Shown: piece after piece, positions 17,295 to 27,424 of the stretch | How positions within the stretch are numbered: position 1 is the stretch's first letter | Layout: each line of letters opens with the position of its first letter | Source of the DNA: Bacteroidota bacterium | GTDB lineage: Bacteria; Bacteroidota; Bacteroidia; Bacteroidales; UBA12077 | NCBI GenBank assembly: GCA_020444275.1 | Contig: JAHLLG010000001.1 | Span: 583,773-647,772 of the forward strand | Length of the DNA: 64,000 bases | Direction: 5' to 3' | Position numbers and translations under genes: made by a program | The notes under the pieces: model-generated | Databases searched by the model: none | What the model saw: the letters and a program-made list of their open reading frames with translations, nothing else | Told to the model about the DNA's origin: nothing

Positions 17295-18076
17295 TATTTA
17301 TTGTTTATCATGATTCCAGATGCCAGTCGGCCACATTTCACACCATCTCTTCGGGCCGAATAAAATAGTTCGGTATTTGAATATGTACACATTTTCGCAA
17401 TTTGAATATTTTCTTCAGATAAACCTGATTCCATCAGGATTTGTTTATTGGCTTCCCAAAGATTTAACAGTGATTTATCAGAATCTTGAATTGAGGCTAA
17501 AAGATTGTTGTTAGGGAACTGTTCCTTATATTGATCAGCAACTTCTGGTCCAACCTCATATACATCTGGTCCGATAGAAGGGCCTATACCGGCAACAATA
17601 TTCTGCGGTTTAGTTCCAAATTTATGCTGCATTAATTCAATGGTTTTTTGTGATATTCTTTGGATAGTACCTTTCCAACCGGAATGAATTGCAGCAACTA
17701 CTTTTTGAACAGGATCAAAAAGTAAAACAGGTACACAATCGGCAGTACGAATTGCTATACAAATTCCGGGAATATTAGTTATTAGTGCGTCAGTATTGGG
17801 AAATGTATTTTGGTCGTTTTCAACAATTCCAATGTTTTTACTATGTGTTTGTTTTGGGAAAACGATTTTTGACTGGTTATTAGTTATAGAATTTTGGAGT
17901 AATTCTATATTTTTAGTCACGTTTTGAGGATTATCTCCAACGGTGTATCCAAGGTTAAATCCTTTAAGAATGCCCTGACTGTATCCACCTTTGCGAGTAG
18001 TGGAAAAATGTCTTAATTCCGAATACCTTAGCAGATTCTCAAATTGTAATAACTCAATACTGTTTATTTCTGACAT
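17294..18076 (-). CDS. pgeF: Peptidoglycan editing factor PgeF / YfiH (DUF152, laccase-domain) family protein
   Basis: ..HS..I..V......DALIT......I.I.TADCVPVLL.D......AA.HSGWKGT.. is the characteristic YfiH motif set. Confidence 0.85.
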   Translation of the reverse strand: MSEINSIELLQFENLLRYSELRHFSTTRKGGYSQGILKGFNLGYTVGDNPQNVTKNIELLQNSITNNQSKIVFPKQTHSKNIGIVENDQNTFPNTDALITNIPGICIAIRTADCVPVLLFDPVQKVVAAIHSGWKGTIQRISQKTIELMQHKFGTKPQNIVAGIGPSIGPDVYEVGPEVADQYKEQFPNNNLLASIQDSDKSLLNLWEANKQILMESGLSEENIQIAKMCTYSNTELFYSARRDGVKCGRLASGIMINNK

Positions 18077-18162
18077 GTAGATTACATAATTTTTCTACAA
18101 AGGAAACAATTCGTCTGATATTTTTATATTACAAAGGGTATAAAATATATTCCCGAAGTAGC

Positions 18163-18828
18163 TTATTTTTCAAAAACCAGTGAATCTGTTTCCGCACCTA
18201 AACCCTCTAATGCTTCTGTAATATTTTCTGTCATTTTTGGAGGTCCACAAACATAAAACTTTGCAGAAAAGTCATCTATATGGTCTTTAAGGAAATCCTT
18301 ATCAATAAATCGATGAATATATTGGTCTGTTTTTTCGTGGGTAATTACATTAATAAAGTTATCTCCAAGTATTTTTTCGAATTCGCTTTTTAAGATGATA
18401 TCTTGCTCTGTTTTATTTGAAAAAAACAAGGTATTACCTTTCAATTTATTCTTTTTGTCAAGATCTCTGAAAATTGCTATAAAAGGAGTAATTCCTGCAC
18501 CTCCCGCAATAAAATAACCAGGCCCTTTATAGTTAATTGCACCCCATGGCTGTTCAATAATAAGTTCATCAGACTTTTTTAACTGGCCTAATTCTTTGGT
18601 TACACCATCATGATCTGTATAAATTTTAATAATAAATTCCAAGTGGTTGTCGGAATTTAGCGAAGTAAAAGTAAAGGGACGTTTTTTATCTTTCCAGTTA
18701 TCTTTATTTATAGAAACTGTTGTAGCTTGTCCGGGTTTAAAGTTATAATTATTAGGCTTTTCTACTGTGAATTTTAATACATCATGCGTAACTTCTTCAA
18801 TATTCAGAATTTTTACAATATGTGTCAT
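18163..18828 (-). CDS. Ferredoxin/flavodoxin-NAD(P)+ reductase-like FAD-binding oxidoreductase
   Basis: RPFTFTS (FAD RxYS-type motif), GGAGITPF (NAD(P) binding), C-terminal ..YVCGPP.M. Confidence 0.7.
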   Translation of the reverse strand: MTHIVKILNIEEVTHDVLKFTVEKPNNYNFKPGQATTVSINKDNWKDKKRPFTFTSLNSDNHLEFIIKIYTDHDGVTKELGQLKKSDELIIEQPWGAINYKGPGYFIAGGAGITPFIAIFRDLDKKNKLKGNTLFFSNKTEQDIILKSEFEKILGDNFINVITHEKTDQYIHRFIDKDFLKDHIDDFSAKFYVCGPPKMTENITEALEGLGAETDSLVFEK

Positions 18829-18922
18829 GGTTTTTCTCTTTTGGTTTTATCTTTACAACAAATCATATCGAAAAGTGTTTGATTGAATTAAAGATACGAA
18901 TTAGATAAATCAATTGAAAATT

Positions 18923-19600
18923 ATGTTGGACGTTAAAATATCTAATGCACTAATATCAAAGTGGAATAAAATAGCCATTGGTTTATTGGAGGCTGATATT
19001 GTAGTAAAATCTTCTGATCACGAATTAATTGATGAGCTGGATCGGGCGTGTAATAATTTTGCTTTAAAATATAAAGTGGAAGATATATCGAAAATACAAG
19101 TTATTTCAGATTCAAGAAAAGCATATAAAGCATTTGGGAAAGATCCCGCAAGATACCGACTTTCATCAGAAGCCTTATTGCGAAGAGTTGTAAAAGAAAA
19201 AGGTATCTATCATATCAATAATATCGTAGATATCAATAATTTGATTTCAATCACTTCCTTTTATTCTATTTGCGCATTTGATAAATCTAAGCTTAAAGCT
19301 CCTATTAAATTTACCATTGGCACTAAAGAAGATGAATATTACGGAATTGGGCGAGGATTATTAAATATTGAAAATCTTCCGGTTTTTGAAGATATTGATG
19401 GAAAGTTTGGCAGCCCAACCAGTGATTCCGAGAGAGTGAAAATTACTGATGAAACCAAACAGATATCCATGAACATCATCTCTTTCAGTGGAAATCTGAA
19501 TTTAGATTATCACCTAAAAAAGCTAAAGGATAAATTAATTCAATTTGCAGAAGCAAAAAACGTTGAGACCAGGATTATTTCTTTTCAGGCACAAACTTAA
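18923..19600 (+). CDS. B3/B4 tRNA-binding-domain-like protein
   Basis: ..AYKAFGKDPARYRLSSEALLRRVVKEKGIYHINNIVDINNLIS.. resembles the PheT B3/4-domain stand-alone family. The ORF opens with TTG at 18914; first ATG is at 18923. Confidence 0.55.
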   Translation: MLDVKISNALISKWNKIAIGLLEADIVVKSSDHELIDELDRACNNFALKYKVEDISKIQVISDSRKAYKAFGKDPARYRLSSEALLRRVVKEKGIYHINNIVDINNLISITSFYSICAFDKSKLKAPIKFTIGTKEDEYYGIGRGLLNIENLPVFEDIDGKFGSPTSDSERVKITDETKQISMNIISFSGNLNLDYHLKKLKDKLIQFAEAKNVETRIISFQAQT

Positions 19601-20006
19601 GCGATATAGAATTCACACAATGTCTTGTGTTTTTGGGAGTGAATCCTTCGCCAATAAAAACATGACCTAAGTGAGCACCGCAATTAGCACATACAATCTC
19701 TGTTCTCATTCCATCAGCATCTGGCACTCGTTTTACTGCACCATCTACTTCATCGTCGAAGCTTGGCCATCCGCAATGCGAATTAAATTTGTCTTCCGAT
19801 TCGTATAAAACAGCTCCGCAACGTTTACAGGTATAAACTCCTTCTTCTTTGTTATCCAGGTATTTTCCTGTCCATGGAGCTTCGGTTCCTTTGTCTATAA
19901 TAACTCTTTTTTCAGCCGTTGTAAGTTCGTTGTATTTCATAGTGTCTTGTGCAAATGAATAGTTGATAGTTAGTATGAAAATAATTAAAATATGAAGTCT
20001 TTTCAT
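19575..20006 (-). CDS. msrB: Peptide-methionine (R)-S-oxide reductase MsrB with N-terminal signal peptide
   Basis: CKRCG...CANCG Zn site, GHVF, catalytic RHCVNS. N-terminus is MKRLHILIIFILTINYSFAQ. Confidence 0.9.
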   Translation of the reverse strand: MKRLHILIIFILTINYSFAQDTMKYNELTTAEKRVIIDKGTEAPWTGKYLDNKEEGVYTCKRCGAVLYESEDKFNSHCGWPSFDDEVDGAVKRVPDADGMRTEIVCANCGAHLGHVFIGEGFTPKNTRHCVNSISLKFVPEKK

Positions 20007-20295
20007 GGTGTTTTATTTATTAAACAAATTATAAATAATTTGGTTTAAATATAATTGCCGTATTAGAATATTGCTTAACGTGCATAAGATACCTCAACAG
20101 AATTCATACAATTTTTATCATTTAACACTTAATATTGATAAAAATTTAATATTCTCTTAAAAGGGAAATTTTAAGTACCAATAAAAGCCAGATGATACCC
20201 CTGGAAGCTATCTATTTAACCAAGAAAAATGATTGAGATAGTATTTTAAACCTTTTTTTATTTCAAGAAAATCCCCAAAATGTTAAACAAATATA

Positions 20296-20303
20296 TACAT
20301 TTG
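20296..20303 (+). promoter_or_regulatory. Candidate -7 box TACATTTG upstream of the SulP gene
   Basis: Matches TAnnTTTG, 38 nt before the ATG at 20341. Motif match only. Confidence 0.3.
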
Positions 20304-20340
20304 CAAAATTTTTCTTGCTAACCTTTTATATAATTGTCAG

Positions 20341-21998
20341 ATGTTTGTTCCTAAGTTGTTTACTGTATTTCAGGAAGGATATTCCCGATCTCAGTTTATT
20401 AAAGATCTAATTGCCGGTTTAATTGTTGGTGTAGTAGCTTTGCCTTTAGCAATAGCTTTTGCAATTGCATCTGGTGTTTCTCCTGAAAAAGGACTGGTAA
20501 CAGCTATTATTGCAGGATTTATTATTTCCGCATTTGGTGGTAGCCGGGTTCAGATTGGTGGTCCCACAGGAGCATTTATTATAATTGTTTTTGGTATAGT
20601 TGAAAAGTATGGAATTTCAGGATTAACAATTTCTACATTTATAGCTGGTTTTATCATCATAATTTTAGGATTGACCAAACTTGGATCAGTTATTAAGTTT
20701 ATTCCACAATCTGTGGTAGTAGGGTTTACAAGTGGTATTGCATTAATCATTTTTTCTACTCAAATAAAAGATTTCCTGGGACTTGAATTAGATTCTGTTC
20801 CATCTGACTTTTTAAGTAAGTGGTTATGTTACTTTAAAAATATTCATTCTCTTAATTGGTATGCGGTCTCAATAACCTTACTTACAATTATAATTTCTGT
20901 TTATTTACCAAGAGTTACAAAAAAAATTCCCGGTTCACTAGTAGCTATTATTCTGTCTACTTTAATAGTGAATTTTTCAATTTACCTGTTGAAACAATTT
21001 ATAGTAAATTTGGGGAAATACCGTCAACTTTTCCAAAACCAGAATTACCAACTATAAATTTAACAGTTATGAAGGAATTAATTGAACCGGCTTTTGCTAT
21101 AGCTTTGTTAGGTTCAATTGAATCTTTATTATCAGCTGTTGTATCTGATGGAATGATTGGTGGAAAACATCGTTCGAACATGGAATTGGTTGCTCAAGGA
21201 GCAGCGAATATTTTTTCATCTATATTTGGAGGTATCCCGGCAACAGGTGCAATTGCACGTACAGCAACAAATATTAAAAATGGAGGAAGAACTCCCATTG
21301 CAGGTATAGTCCACGCCATTACTCTGTTAATTATCATGTTGTTTGTTGGGAAATGGGCAAAACTTATTCCAATGGCTAGTTTAGCTGGAATACTAATTGT
21401 TGTTGCATATAATATGAGTGAATATAAAGCATTTATTTCATTAACAAGAGGCCCTAAAAGTGATGCAGCTATTCTTTTAATAACTTTTGGATTAACTGTC
21501 CTTGTTGATTTAACAGTAGCTTTGGAAATTGGTATGGTACTGGCAGCCTTTTTATTTATGAAAAAAATGGCCTCAATTAGCCATATATATGAAATTACTC
21601 ATGAAATAAATGATGTTAAAGATATTGAAGATCCTGAAGCTACAGGAAACTATGTAATACCTGAAGGAGTAGAAGTTTATGAAGTTAACGGACCATTGTT
21701 TTTTGGTGCAGCCTATAAGTTTAGAGATGCATTAAAGCTTTCCGACAAAAAACCAAAAATATTAATTATTCGTATGAGGCATGTTCCAACGATTGATGCC
21801 ACAGGATTACATCATTTAAAAGAAATTGTAAAAGATTTTAAACACAAAAATATTAAGGTTATTATTTCAGGTATTCAACCTGAAGTGTATAGAGAACTTG
21901 AAAAAAGTCGTATTGCTTTTCTCATAGGAAAGAAAAATATAAAAAACCACATAAAACTTGCTATAGATCGTGCTGTAGAAATTGGTAACCCGAAGTAA
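20341..21998 (+). pseudogene. SulP family anion permease with C-terminal STAS domain, interrupted by a frameshift
   Basis: ORF 20341-21057 (..GGSRVQIGGPTGAF..) and ORF 20856-21998 (..SIESLLSAVV.D......N.EL.AQG.ANI.., STAS-like end) are the N- and C-terminal parts of one SulP protein. They lie in different frames and switch at the T5 run 20973-20977. Confidence 0.8.
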
Positions 21999-22088
21999 TA
22001 AAATAAACTTTTATAATAATGATTTGTTAAACTCATTGAATCATTTCTTTTCTTTAATTTTAAAGGATGTAACCTGAGAATCTGTACT

Positions 22089-22649
22089 ATGGATTATAGA
22101 AAGTTAATTGAAGCGCTTGACTTTGCTGCATATCGTCATAAAAACCAAACAAGGAAAGGCGTTGGTAAAGTTCCTTATATAAACCATCCTGTTAAAGTAG
22201 CTAAGATATTAGCAGATGCCGGAGAAGAAGATTTACCATTATTAATCGCAGCATTATTACATGATGTAATTGAAGATACAGCAAAAGGTGAAGAAGAAAT
22301 TCAGGCACTATCCCATAGTATAGCTGATATCTTTGGGCAAGACGTATTACAGATCGTGTTGGAGGTTTCTGATGATAAATCGTTACCGGTAGAGGAAAGA
22401 AAAAGATTACAGGTAGTTCATACTCCAAATCTTTCGGATCAGGCTAAGAAACTAAAAATCGCAGATAAGATTAGCAACATTCAGGATATAGAAATTGATC
22501 CACCTGAAAGCTGGACCAAAGAGAGAAAATTAGCTTACCTTGATTGGGCCAAACAAGTTGTTGAAGGGGCAGGAGGATTAAACCATGAACTTGATCAATA
22601 TTTTAATCGGGTTTATCATGATGTTTACAGTAAACTAAATCAGCCTTAA
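22089..22649 (+). CDS. HD-domain (p)ppGpp hydrolase-like protein (Mesh1/SpoT-hydrolase-type small alarmone hydrolase)
   Basis: ..AAYRHKNQTRKG..PYINHPVKVA.IL......D..LLIAALLHDVIEDT.. matches the RelA/SpoT HD hydrolase motif. Only 186 aa, no synthetase domain. Confidence 0.7.
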   Translation: MDYRKLIEALDFAAYRHKNQTRKGVGKVPYINHPVKVAKILADAGEEDLPLLIAALLHDVIEDTAKGEEEIQALSHSIADIFGQDVLQIVLEVSDDKSLPVEERKRLQVVHTPNLSDQAKKLKIADKISNIQDIEIDPPESWTKERKLAYLDWAKQVVEGAGGLNHELDQYFNRVYHDVYSKLNQP

Positions 22650-24607
22650 TATGATCTGCCTACAAATCTTACGATTAAAAATAAGACCAACAATCCAGCT
22701 GGGAATAATATCCACGAAGAAACTCCAAAAGCCGAAGGTATAGTTCCAATTATTATTGAAACTCCGCCGACTGTAAGTGCATATGGCAGCTGCGTTCTAA
22801 CATGTTCTATATGATTACAAGAGCTTGCCAGAGAACTTAAAATTGTGGTATCAGAAATAGGAGAGCAGTGGTCGCCCAGAACTGAACCAGCCAACACGGC
22901 CGAAACCACATTATGGAATATATCTAAAGAACCTTCGTGATCTAACCCGAAATTTTGAGCAATTAACCACGATGCAGGTAAAATCAGGGGGTATAAAATA
23001 GCCATGGTTCCCCAGCTCGATCCGGTTGAGAATGCAACAAGAGCAGCAAAGATAAAGGTTAAGGCCGGAATGAACTGCGGCGAAATATTAACAGTTACTA
23101 AACTATGCGAGATAAAATCGGCAGTGTGTAAGTGTTTTGTTACCAAAGCAATAGACCAGGCTAAAACAAGTATGATAATTGCAGTTAACATGGTTCTAAA
23201 GCCATTAATTAGACTGTCTATTGTTGTTTTTAAATCTAGTATTTTCTGAACCAGGGTTAGTAGAATGGCAACTAGAACTCCTGAAATAGACGACCATAAC
23301 AAAGCTTTATACGAATCGCTATTCCCTATAATGGCAGATAACTTTGTTGAAAATGCCAATCCCGGATCATTCCAAACACTTTGATCCCAACCGGTATAAA
23401 ACAGTCCCGCTAAAGTTCCAAAAATTACTATAAAAACAGGTATCGCAGCATTATACCATTTGGGGGTAATGTGTTCGGGTATTTCGAGCTCATTGAGTTT
23501 GTTTGAGAAAGAAGTGCTGTCATCATCAGCCGGAGTATCTTTTTGTTCCCTGGCTTTCTTTTCTGCATTGAACATAGGGCCAAAGTCAACTTGTTTACGA
23601 ATCAAAATTAAAATAAACAGTAATGCAAAAATAGGATAGAAAGCATAACCCAATGAGTTGATAAAAATACCATAAGGACTCTCATCAATACCGATGGTGG
23701 TAATTCCATCCTGAATATAACTTAATTCGGCTCCAATCCATGTGGTTACAAATGCGATGGCGGCAATAGGTGCAGCAGTTGAATCTACAATATATGCTAA
23801 CTTTTCTCTCGATATTTTTAATCGGTCGGTTACAGGACGCATTGTATTACCAACCACTAATGTATTGGCATAATCATCAAAAAATATAGCAATTCCCAGT
23901 AACCAGGTAACAAATTGCCCTGATCGCGGATTATTAGCATATTTTGATAAGATATTGACAATACCTTTCATTCCTCCGTTACGGGTAATAATATTTACCA
24001 TGGCACCAATTAACATTGAAAAAATAATGATGGCCATATGGCCTCCCTCGGTTAAAGCATCTAATACATAGGTGTCGACTATTGCAAACATACCTTTAAA
24101 AATTGCCGGAATTAAAGCGGTATCCTGGTACCAGAAAATTGTTGTTGTACCTACAAGTATGCCAATGAAAAGAGCGGTAAAAACTTCTTTAAAAATAAGT
24201 GCAAATAAAATAGCAATAAGCGGAGGAATAATGGAAAACCACAAAGGTATGGGAGTTACTTTTTTTGTAAAGCTATACTCTCCCAGTGTAATATTAAAAT
24301 CTTCACTCTTTGTAAATTTATAAGTAAATGTTGCATTTCCCTTTACAACTCTAACAACAACCGGTTTATCATTAACTTTTATTGTTATGGGGTATCCTTC
24401 AAAGCGTTTTCTGAACTCCTGATCTTTAAACACAAGTTTTATATCTGTTTCAATGTTTTTTACGATAACATCGGTCATCTCAACTGAAATATCATTTTGT
24501 TTTAGCTCAGGCAATTCTGCTATATTATTGGTAAAGCCAATAGCAGCTACATTGATGATCAGAATTAAAGATAGCAGAGTTCTTTTTAATAAGGAATTCA
24601 TTAGCAA
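22646..24607 (-). CDS. NhaC-family Na+/H+ antiporter with N-terminal extracytoplasmic extension
   Basis: Twelve or more TM segments with NhaC-like stretches (..FFDDYANTLVVGNTMRP..DSTAAP..). About 110 aa of non-membrane N-terminal domain after a signal anchor. Confidence 0.75.
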   Translation of the reverse strand: MLMNSLLKRTLLSLILIINVAAIGFTNNIAELPELKQNDISVEMTDVIVKNIETDIKLVFKDQEFRKRFEGYPITIKVNDKPVVVRVVKGNATFTYKFTKSEDFNITLGEYSFTKKVTPIPLWFSIIPPLIAILFALIFKEVFTALFIGILVGTTTIFWYQDTALIPAIFKGMFAIVDTYVLDALTEGGHMAIIIFSMLIGAMVNIITRNGGMKGIVNILSKYANNPRSGQFVTWLLGIAIFFDDYANTLVVGNTMRPVTDRLKISREKLAYIVDSTAAPIAAIAFVTTWIGAELSYIQDGITTIGIDESPYGIFINSLGYAFYPIFALLFILILIRKQVDFGPMFNAEKKAREQKDTPADDDSTSFSNKLNELEIPEHITPKWYNAAIPVFIVIFGTLAGLFYTGWDQSVWNDPGLAFSTKLSAIIGNSDSYKALLWSSISGVLVAILLTLVQKILDLKTTIDSLINGFRTMLTAIIILVLAWSIALVTKHLHTADFISHSLVTVNISPQFIPALTFIFAALVAFSTGSSWGTMAILYPLILPASWLIAQNFGLDHEGSLDIFHNVVSAVLAGSVLGDHCSPISDTTILSSLASSCNHIEHVRTQLPYALTVGGVSIIIGTIPSAFGVSSWILFPAGLLVLFLIVRFVGRSY

Positions 24608-24837
24608 CTATTTTACGTAAAATTACATCTCTAAAATAGAGAAAAAAAGTATACAATCTTTCATTTTGACTTTATACCTTTCAGATAGTTTAAGATATTT
24701 TATGAAGGATCACTTTTTTACTTACAAATTTGAGCCAAATAGTAGTCTTTTATATCAGGTTAACTTGTTGTTAATATTTGTAACAGATTTTGAATTTTAT
24801 TAAAAATTATTTAATTTGTAGTTATAATATTTGAATC

Positions 24838-25431
24838 ATGGGAATGTATCTCGATTTTGATTTTCTGAACATTGAACACGAAAATCTAACTCCAAAGCAA
24901 GGTCGGATACTTATATCAGAACCACTGTTATCCGACACCTATTTTAAACGATCCGTGGTATTTATAACCGAATATTCGGATAAGGGTGCAGTGGGTTTTG
25001 TTTTAAATAAACCTGTTGATTTACCTATTAGTGAGGTTCTGGCTGACTTTCCCAACTTTAAAGCTAATGTTTATATTGGTGGCCCGGTAGCTAAAGATAC
25101 TATTCATTTTTTGCATACGCTAGGTGAGCTTGTTCCTAATTCGGTTCATGTTATTGATAATATTTACTGGGGAGGCGATTTTGATAGTTTAAAAGAGTTA
25201 ATTAACGAAGGTATTGTTCAGCCCGATCAGGTTCGGTTCTTTTTAGGTTATTCAGGGTGGAGTCCAAATCAGTTGGAGGGAGAAATTGAAGATAATGCCT
25301 GGTTAGTAGCTACAGTTGACCCATCAAGAGTTATGATGGCAGATAATGATATCTGGAAAAAAACACTTGAGCAGTTGGGAAAAAAATATAAGGTATGGTC
25401 TAATTTTCCTGAAAATCCAGCCATGAACTAA
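24838..25431 (+). CDS. YqgE/AlgH family (UPF0301) protein
   Basis: ..G.ILISEP.L.D..F.RSVVFI.E....GAVGFVLNKP.......IGGPV......FLH......W.GYSGWSP.QLE.EI..N.W is the typical family pattern. Confidence 0.8.
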   Translation: MGMYLDFDFLNIEHENLTPKQGRILISEPLLSDTYFKRSVVFITEYSDKGAVGFVLNKPVDLPISEVLADFPNFKANVYIGGPVAKDTIHFLHTLGELVPNSVHVIDNIYWGGDFDSLKELINEGIVQPDQVRFFLGYSGWSPNQLEGEIEDNAWLVATVDPSRVMMADNDIWKKTLEQLGKKYKVWSNFPENPAMN

Positions 25432-25439
25432 TCGTAACC

Positions 25440-26294
25440 TTACGAAAAAGCTTCCATATTTAATTTGTCTACAAACTGACGGGAAATATTATTAAAGTAT
25501 CTTCTGTCTTTATACGCTAATACCCAACGGATTCCTGTAATAGAGTTTGTTAAAAATACTTCATCTGCTTCTAAAAGATCCGATTCTTTAAGTGATTGTT
25601 CATGATTAACTTTTAAACCATATTTGTCCGCTATTTTAAGAATCTGCTTACGCATGATACCTGCAACAGGTCCATCTTTTAGCGGAGGTGTTGAAACAGT
25701 ATCGCCCTTTACTAAAAATAGGTTGGAACTTACTCCTTCAACCAAATGATTATGTTCGTTGAGAAGGATACAATCTCCCAGGTCTTTATTCTTAGCATAT
25801 AAGCCTGCCATAACATATAAAAGTGCATTGGCCGATTTTAAGTTGGCCAATTTATTTGCCGGCTTTTTAATATCTTTAAAAAGATCAATAACTAATCCTT
25901 TTTGATTAATTTCATAGTGATCATTCTCGATATACTCTGTTTCTGCTAGGTAAGATATAGTATTATTTTGTGGTGTATATTTTCCGCCTTCGTTTCTAAA
26001 CACGGTTAATCTGATCCGAACACCCTGGTAGAGCTTATTTTTATGTAATAGTTTGATTAACTCCTTTTCAATATGCCCTGTTTCAATTACTGAAGGTATT
26101 TCCATTTTAAGAATGTCCATACCATACATTAAACGGGTAATATGATCGCTGAAAAACTGAATTTCGGTTCCGTTACCATGCATGGTTTCGAACAGAGCAT
26201 CGCCATAGCAGAATGCCCGGTTTTTATAACTTAAACCGAATTCGTCTTTAAAATGATATTCACCATTGTACAATATAAAAGAATTAACAGCCAT
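25440..26294 (-). CDS. Class IV aminotransferase fold protein (branched-chain aminotransferase / aminodeoxychorismate lyase-like)
   Basis: ..YGD.LFET........H..RL.........N.LY..A......D..L.N....V.E..SSN.F.VK...V.TPP...G...GI.R is the class IV PLP pattern. Confidence 0.7.
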   Translation of the reverse strand: MAVNSFILYNGEYHFKDEFGLSYKNRAFCYGDALFETMHGNGTEIQFFSDHITRLMYGMDILKMEIPSVIETGHIEKELIKLLHKNKLYQGVRIRLTVFRNEGGKYTPQNNTISYLAETEYIENDHYEINQKGLVIDLFKDIKKPANKLANLKSANALLYVMAGLYAKNKDLGDCILLNEHNHLVEGVSSNLFLVKGDTVSTPPLKDGPVAGIMRKQILKIADKYGLKVNHEQSLKESDLLEADEVFLTNSITGIRWVLAYKDRRYFNNISRQFVDKLNMEAFS

Positions 26295-26301
26295 TTGGAA
26301 T

Positions 26302-26796
26302 TTATATTTGCTGATTTAAAATTAAATCGACATATCCTTTGATATTCTTGTTAATCTCAACTTTTATACCCTTAACACCAGCATTTTCAGCGCATTCTAT
26401 ATCGCGGGGTTTATCGCCTAGCATATACGACTTTTTTGGATCAATGTTAAATCGCGCCAGTGCTTTTTCAATCATCAATGAGCTTGGTTTTCTGCATAAA
26501 CATTTTTCATGAATACTATGATGAGGGCAATAATATATTTCTGCAAGTTCTGCATCTACTTTTTTTAATTCATGATGTAAATATTGATGAATTTCCTCTA
26601 CATTTTGATGCGTGTAAAGCTTTTTCGAAATTCCACCCTGATTTGTTATGAGTATTAGCAGATAACCCTTATCGTATAGTTTCTTAAGATTTTCAATAAT
26701 ACCATCGTTAAGTTTAAATTCACTCAGGTTATATGTATAATCACCGGGGTCGTGATTTATCACTCCGTCTCGATCTAAAAAAATTGCTTTATTCAT
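26302..26796 (-). CDS. gmhB: D-glycero-D-manno-heptose 1,7-bisphosphate phosphatase-like HAD-IIIA hydrolase
   Basis: AIFLDRDGVIN (DxDxT-type), ITNQGGI, Zn-type C.H....C.CRKP, GDK.RDIE.A.NAG. Confidence 0.75.
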   Translation of the reverse strand: MNKAIFLDRDGVINHDPGDYTYNLSEFKLNDGIIENLKKLYDKGYLLILITNQGGISKKLYTHQNVEEIHQYLHHELKKVDAELAEIYYCPHHSIHEKCLCRKPSSLMIEKALARFNIDPKKSYMLGDKPRDIECAENAGVKGIKVEINKNIKGYVDLILNQQI

Positions 26797-26797
26797 G

Positions 26798-27415
26798 TTA
26801 CATGTTCAAAAGTTGGCTCAAAAATACATTTATTAATTTAGGGTCGAGCAATAACGGAAATAAAAATCCGAATACAGCACCAATAAAGTGTGCATCGTGA
26901 TTAATATTATCGCCACCGCGTTTACTCATATAGTGCGAGTATCCTAAATATAATATGCCAAAAACAATTCCCGGAATTGGAATTATAAAATAGATATAAA
27001 GCATTTGCAATGGTGAGAAGAAAATATGTGTAAACAGAACTGCTGATACAGCTCCAGAAGCACCAACCGAATTGTACCAGATGTTATCTTTTTGTTTTGC
27101 AAGAGTAGTAACTGTTGCAAATACCATGCTGGCAAAATAAAGTAATACATACGTTAAAATCGGTGATTTAATAATTCCAGCAGCTGCAAGTTGTTCAAAG
27201 TTTTGTTCAACCGAAGTTCCAAAAAAATAGAGAACAAACATGTTTACAAACAAATGAACCCAGTCTGCATGCAAAAAACCATGAGTTATAAGCCTGTGCC
27301 ATTGTTTTTTATGATAAACCTGGTATGGATTGAGTTGTAATTTATCAAATACATCTTTATTTCGAAATCCTAATATTGATATAGCTGAGGTTATTACTAT
27401 TAGTAAAATTGTCAT
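26798..27415 (-). CDS. Rhomboid family intramembrane serine protease
   Basis: Six TM segments. HGFLHADWVHLFVNM and GASGAVSAVL (catalytic Ser), with a downstream His (HDAHFIGAVFG). Confidence 0.8.
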   Translation of the reverse strand: MTILLIVITSAISILGFRNKDVFDKLQLNPYQVYHKKQWHRLITHGFLHADWVHLFVNMFVLYFFGTSVEQNFEQLAAAGIIKSPILTYVLLYFASMVFATVTTLAKQKDNIWYNSVGASGAVSAVLFTHIFFSPLQMLYIYFIIPIPGIVFGILYLGYSHYMSKRGGDNINHDAHFIGAVFGFLFPLLLDPKLINVFLSQLLNM

Positions 27416-27424
27416 AATAAAACT

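Noticed and set aside
20007-20340. Long (334-nt) 5' region of the SulP gene as a possible riboswitch or ncRNA.
   Set aside because: It is very AT-rich, with only a weak 6-bp hairpin (GCTATCT/AGATAGT). I recognise no known riboswitch core sequence. This cannot be supported without a covariance-model scan.
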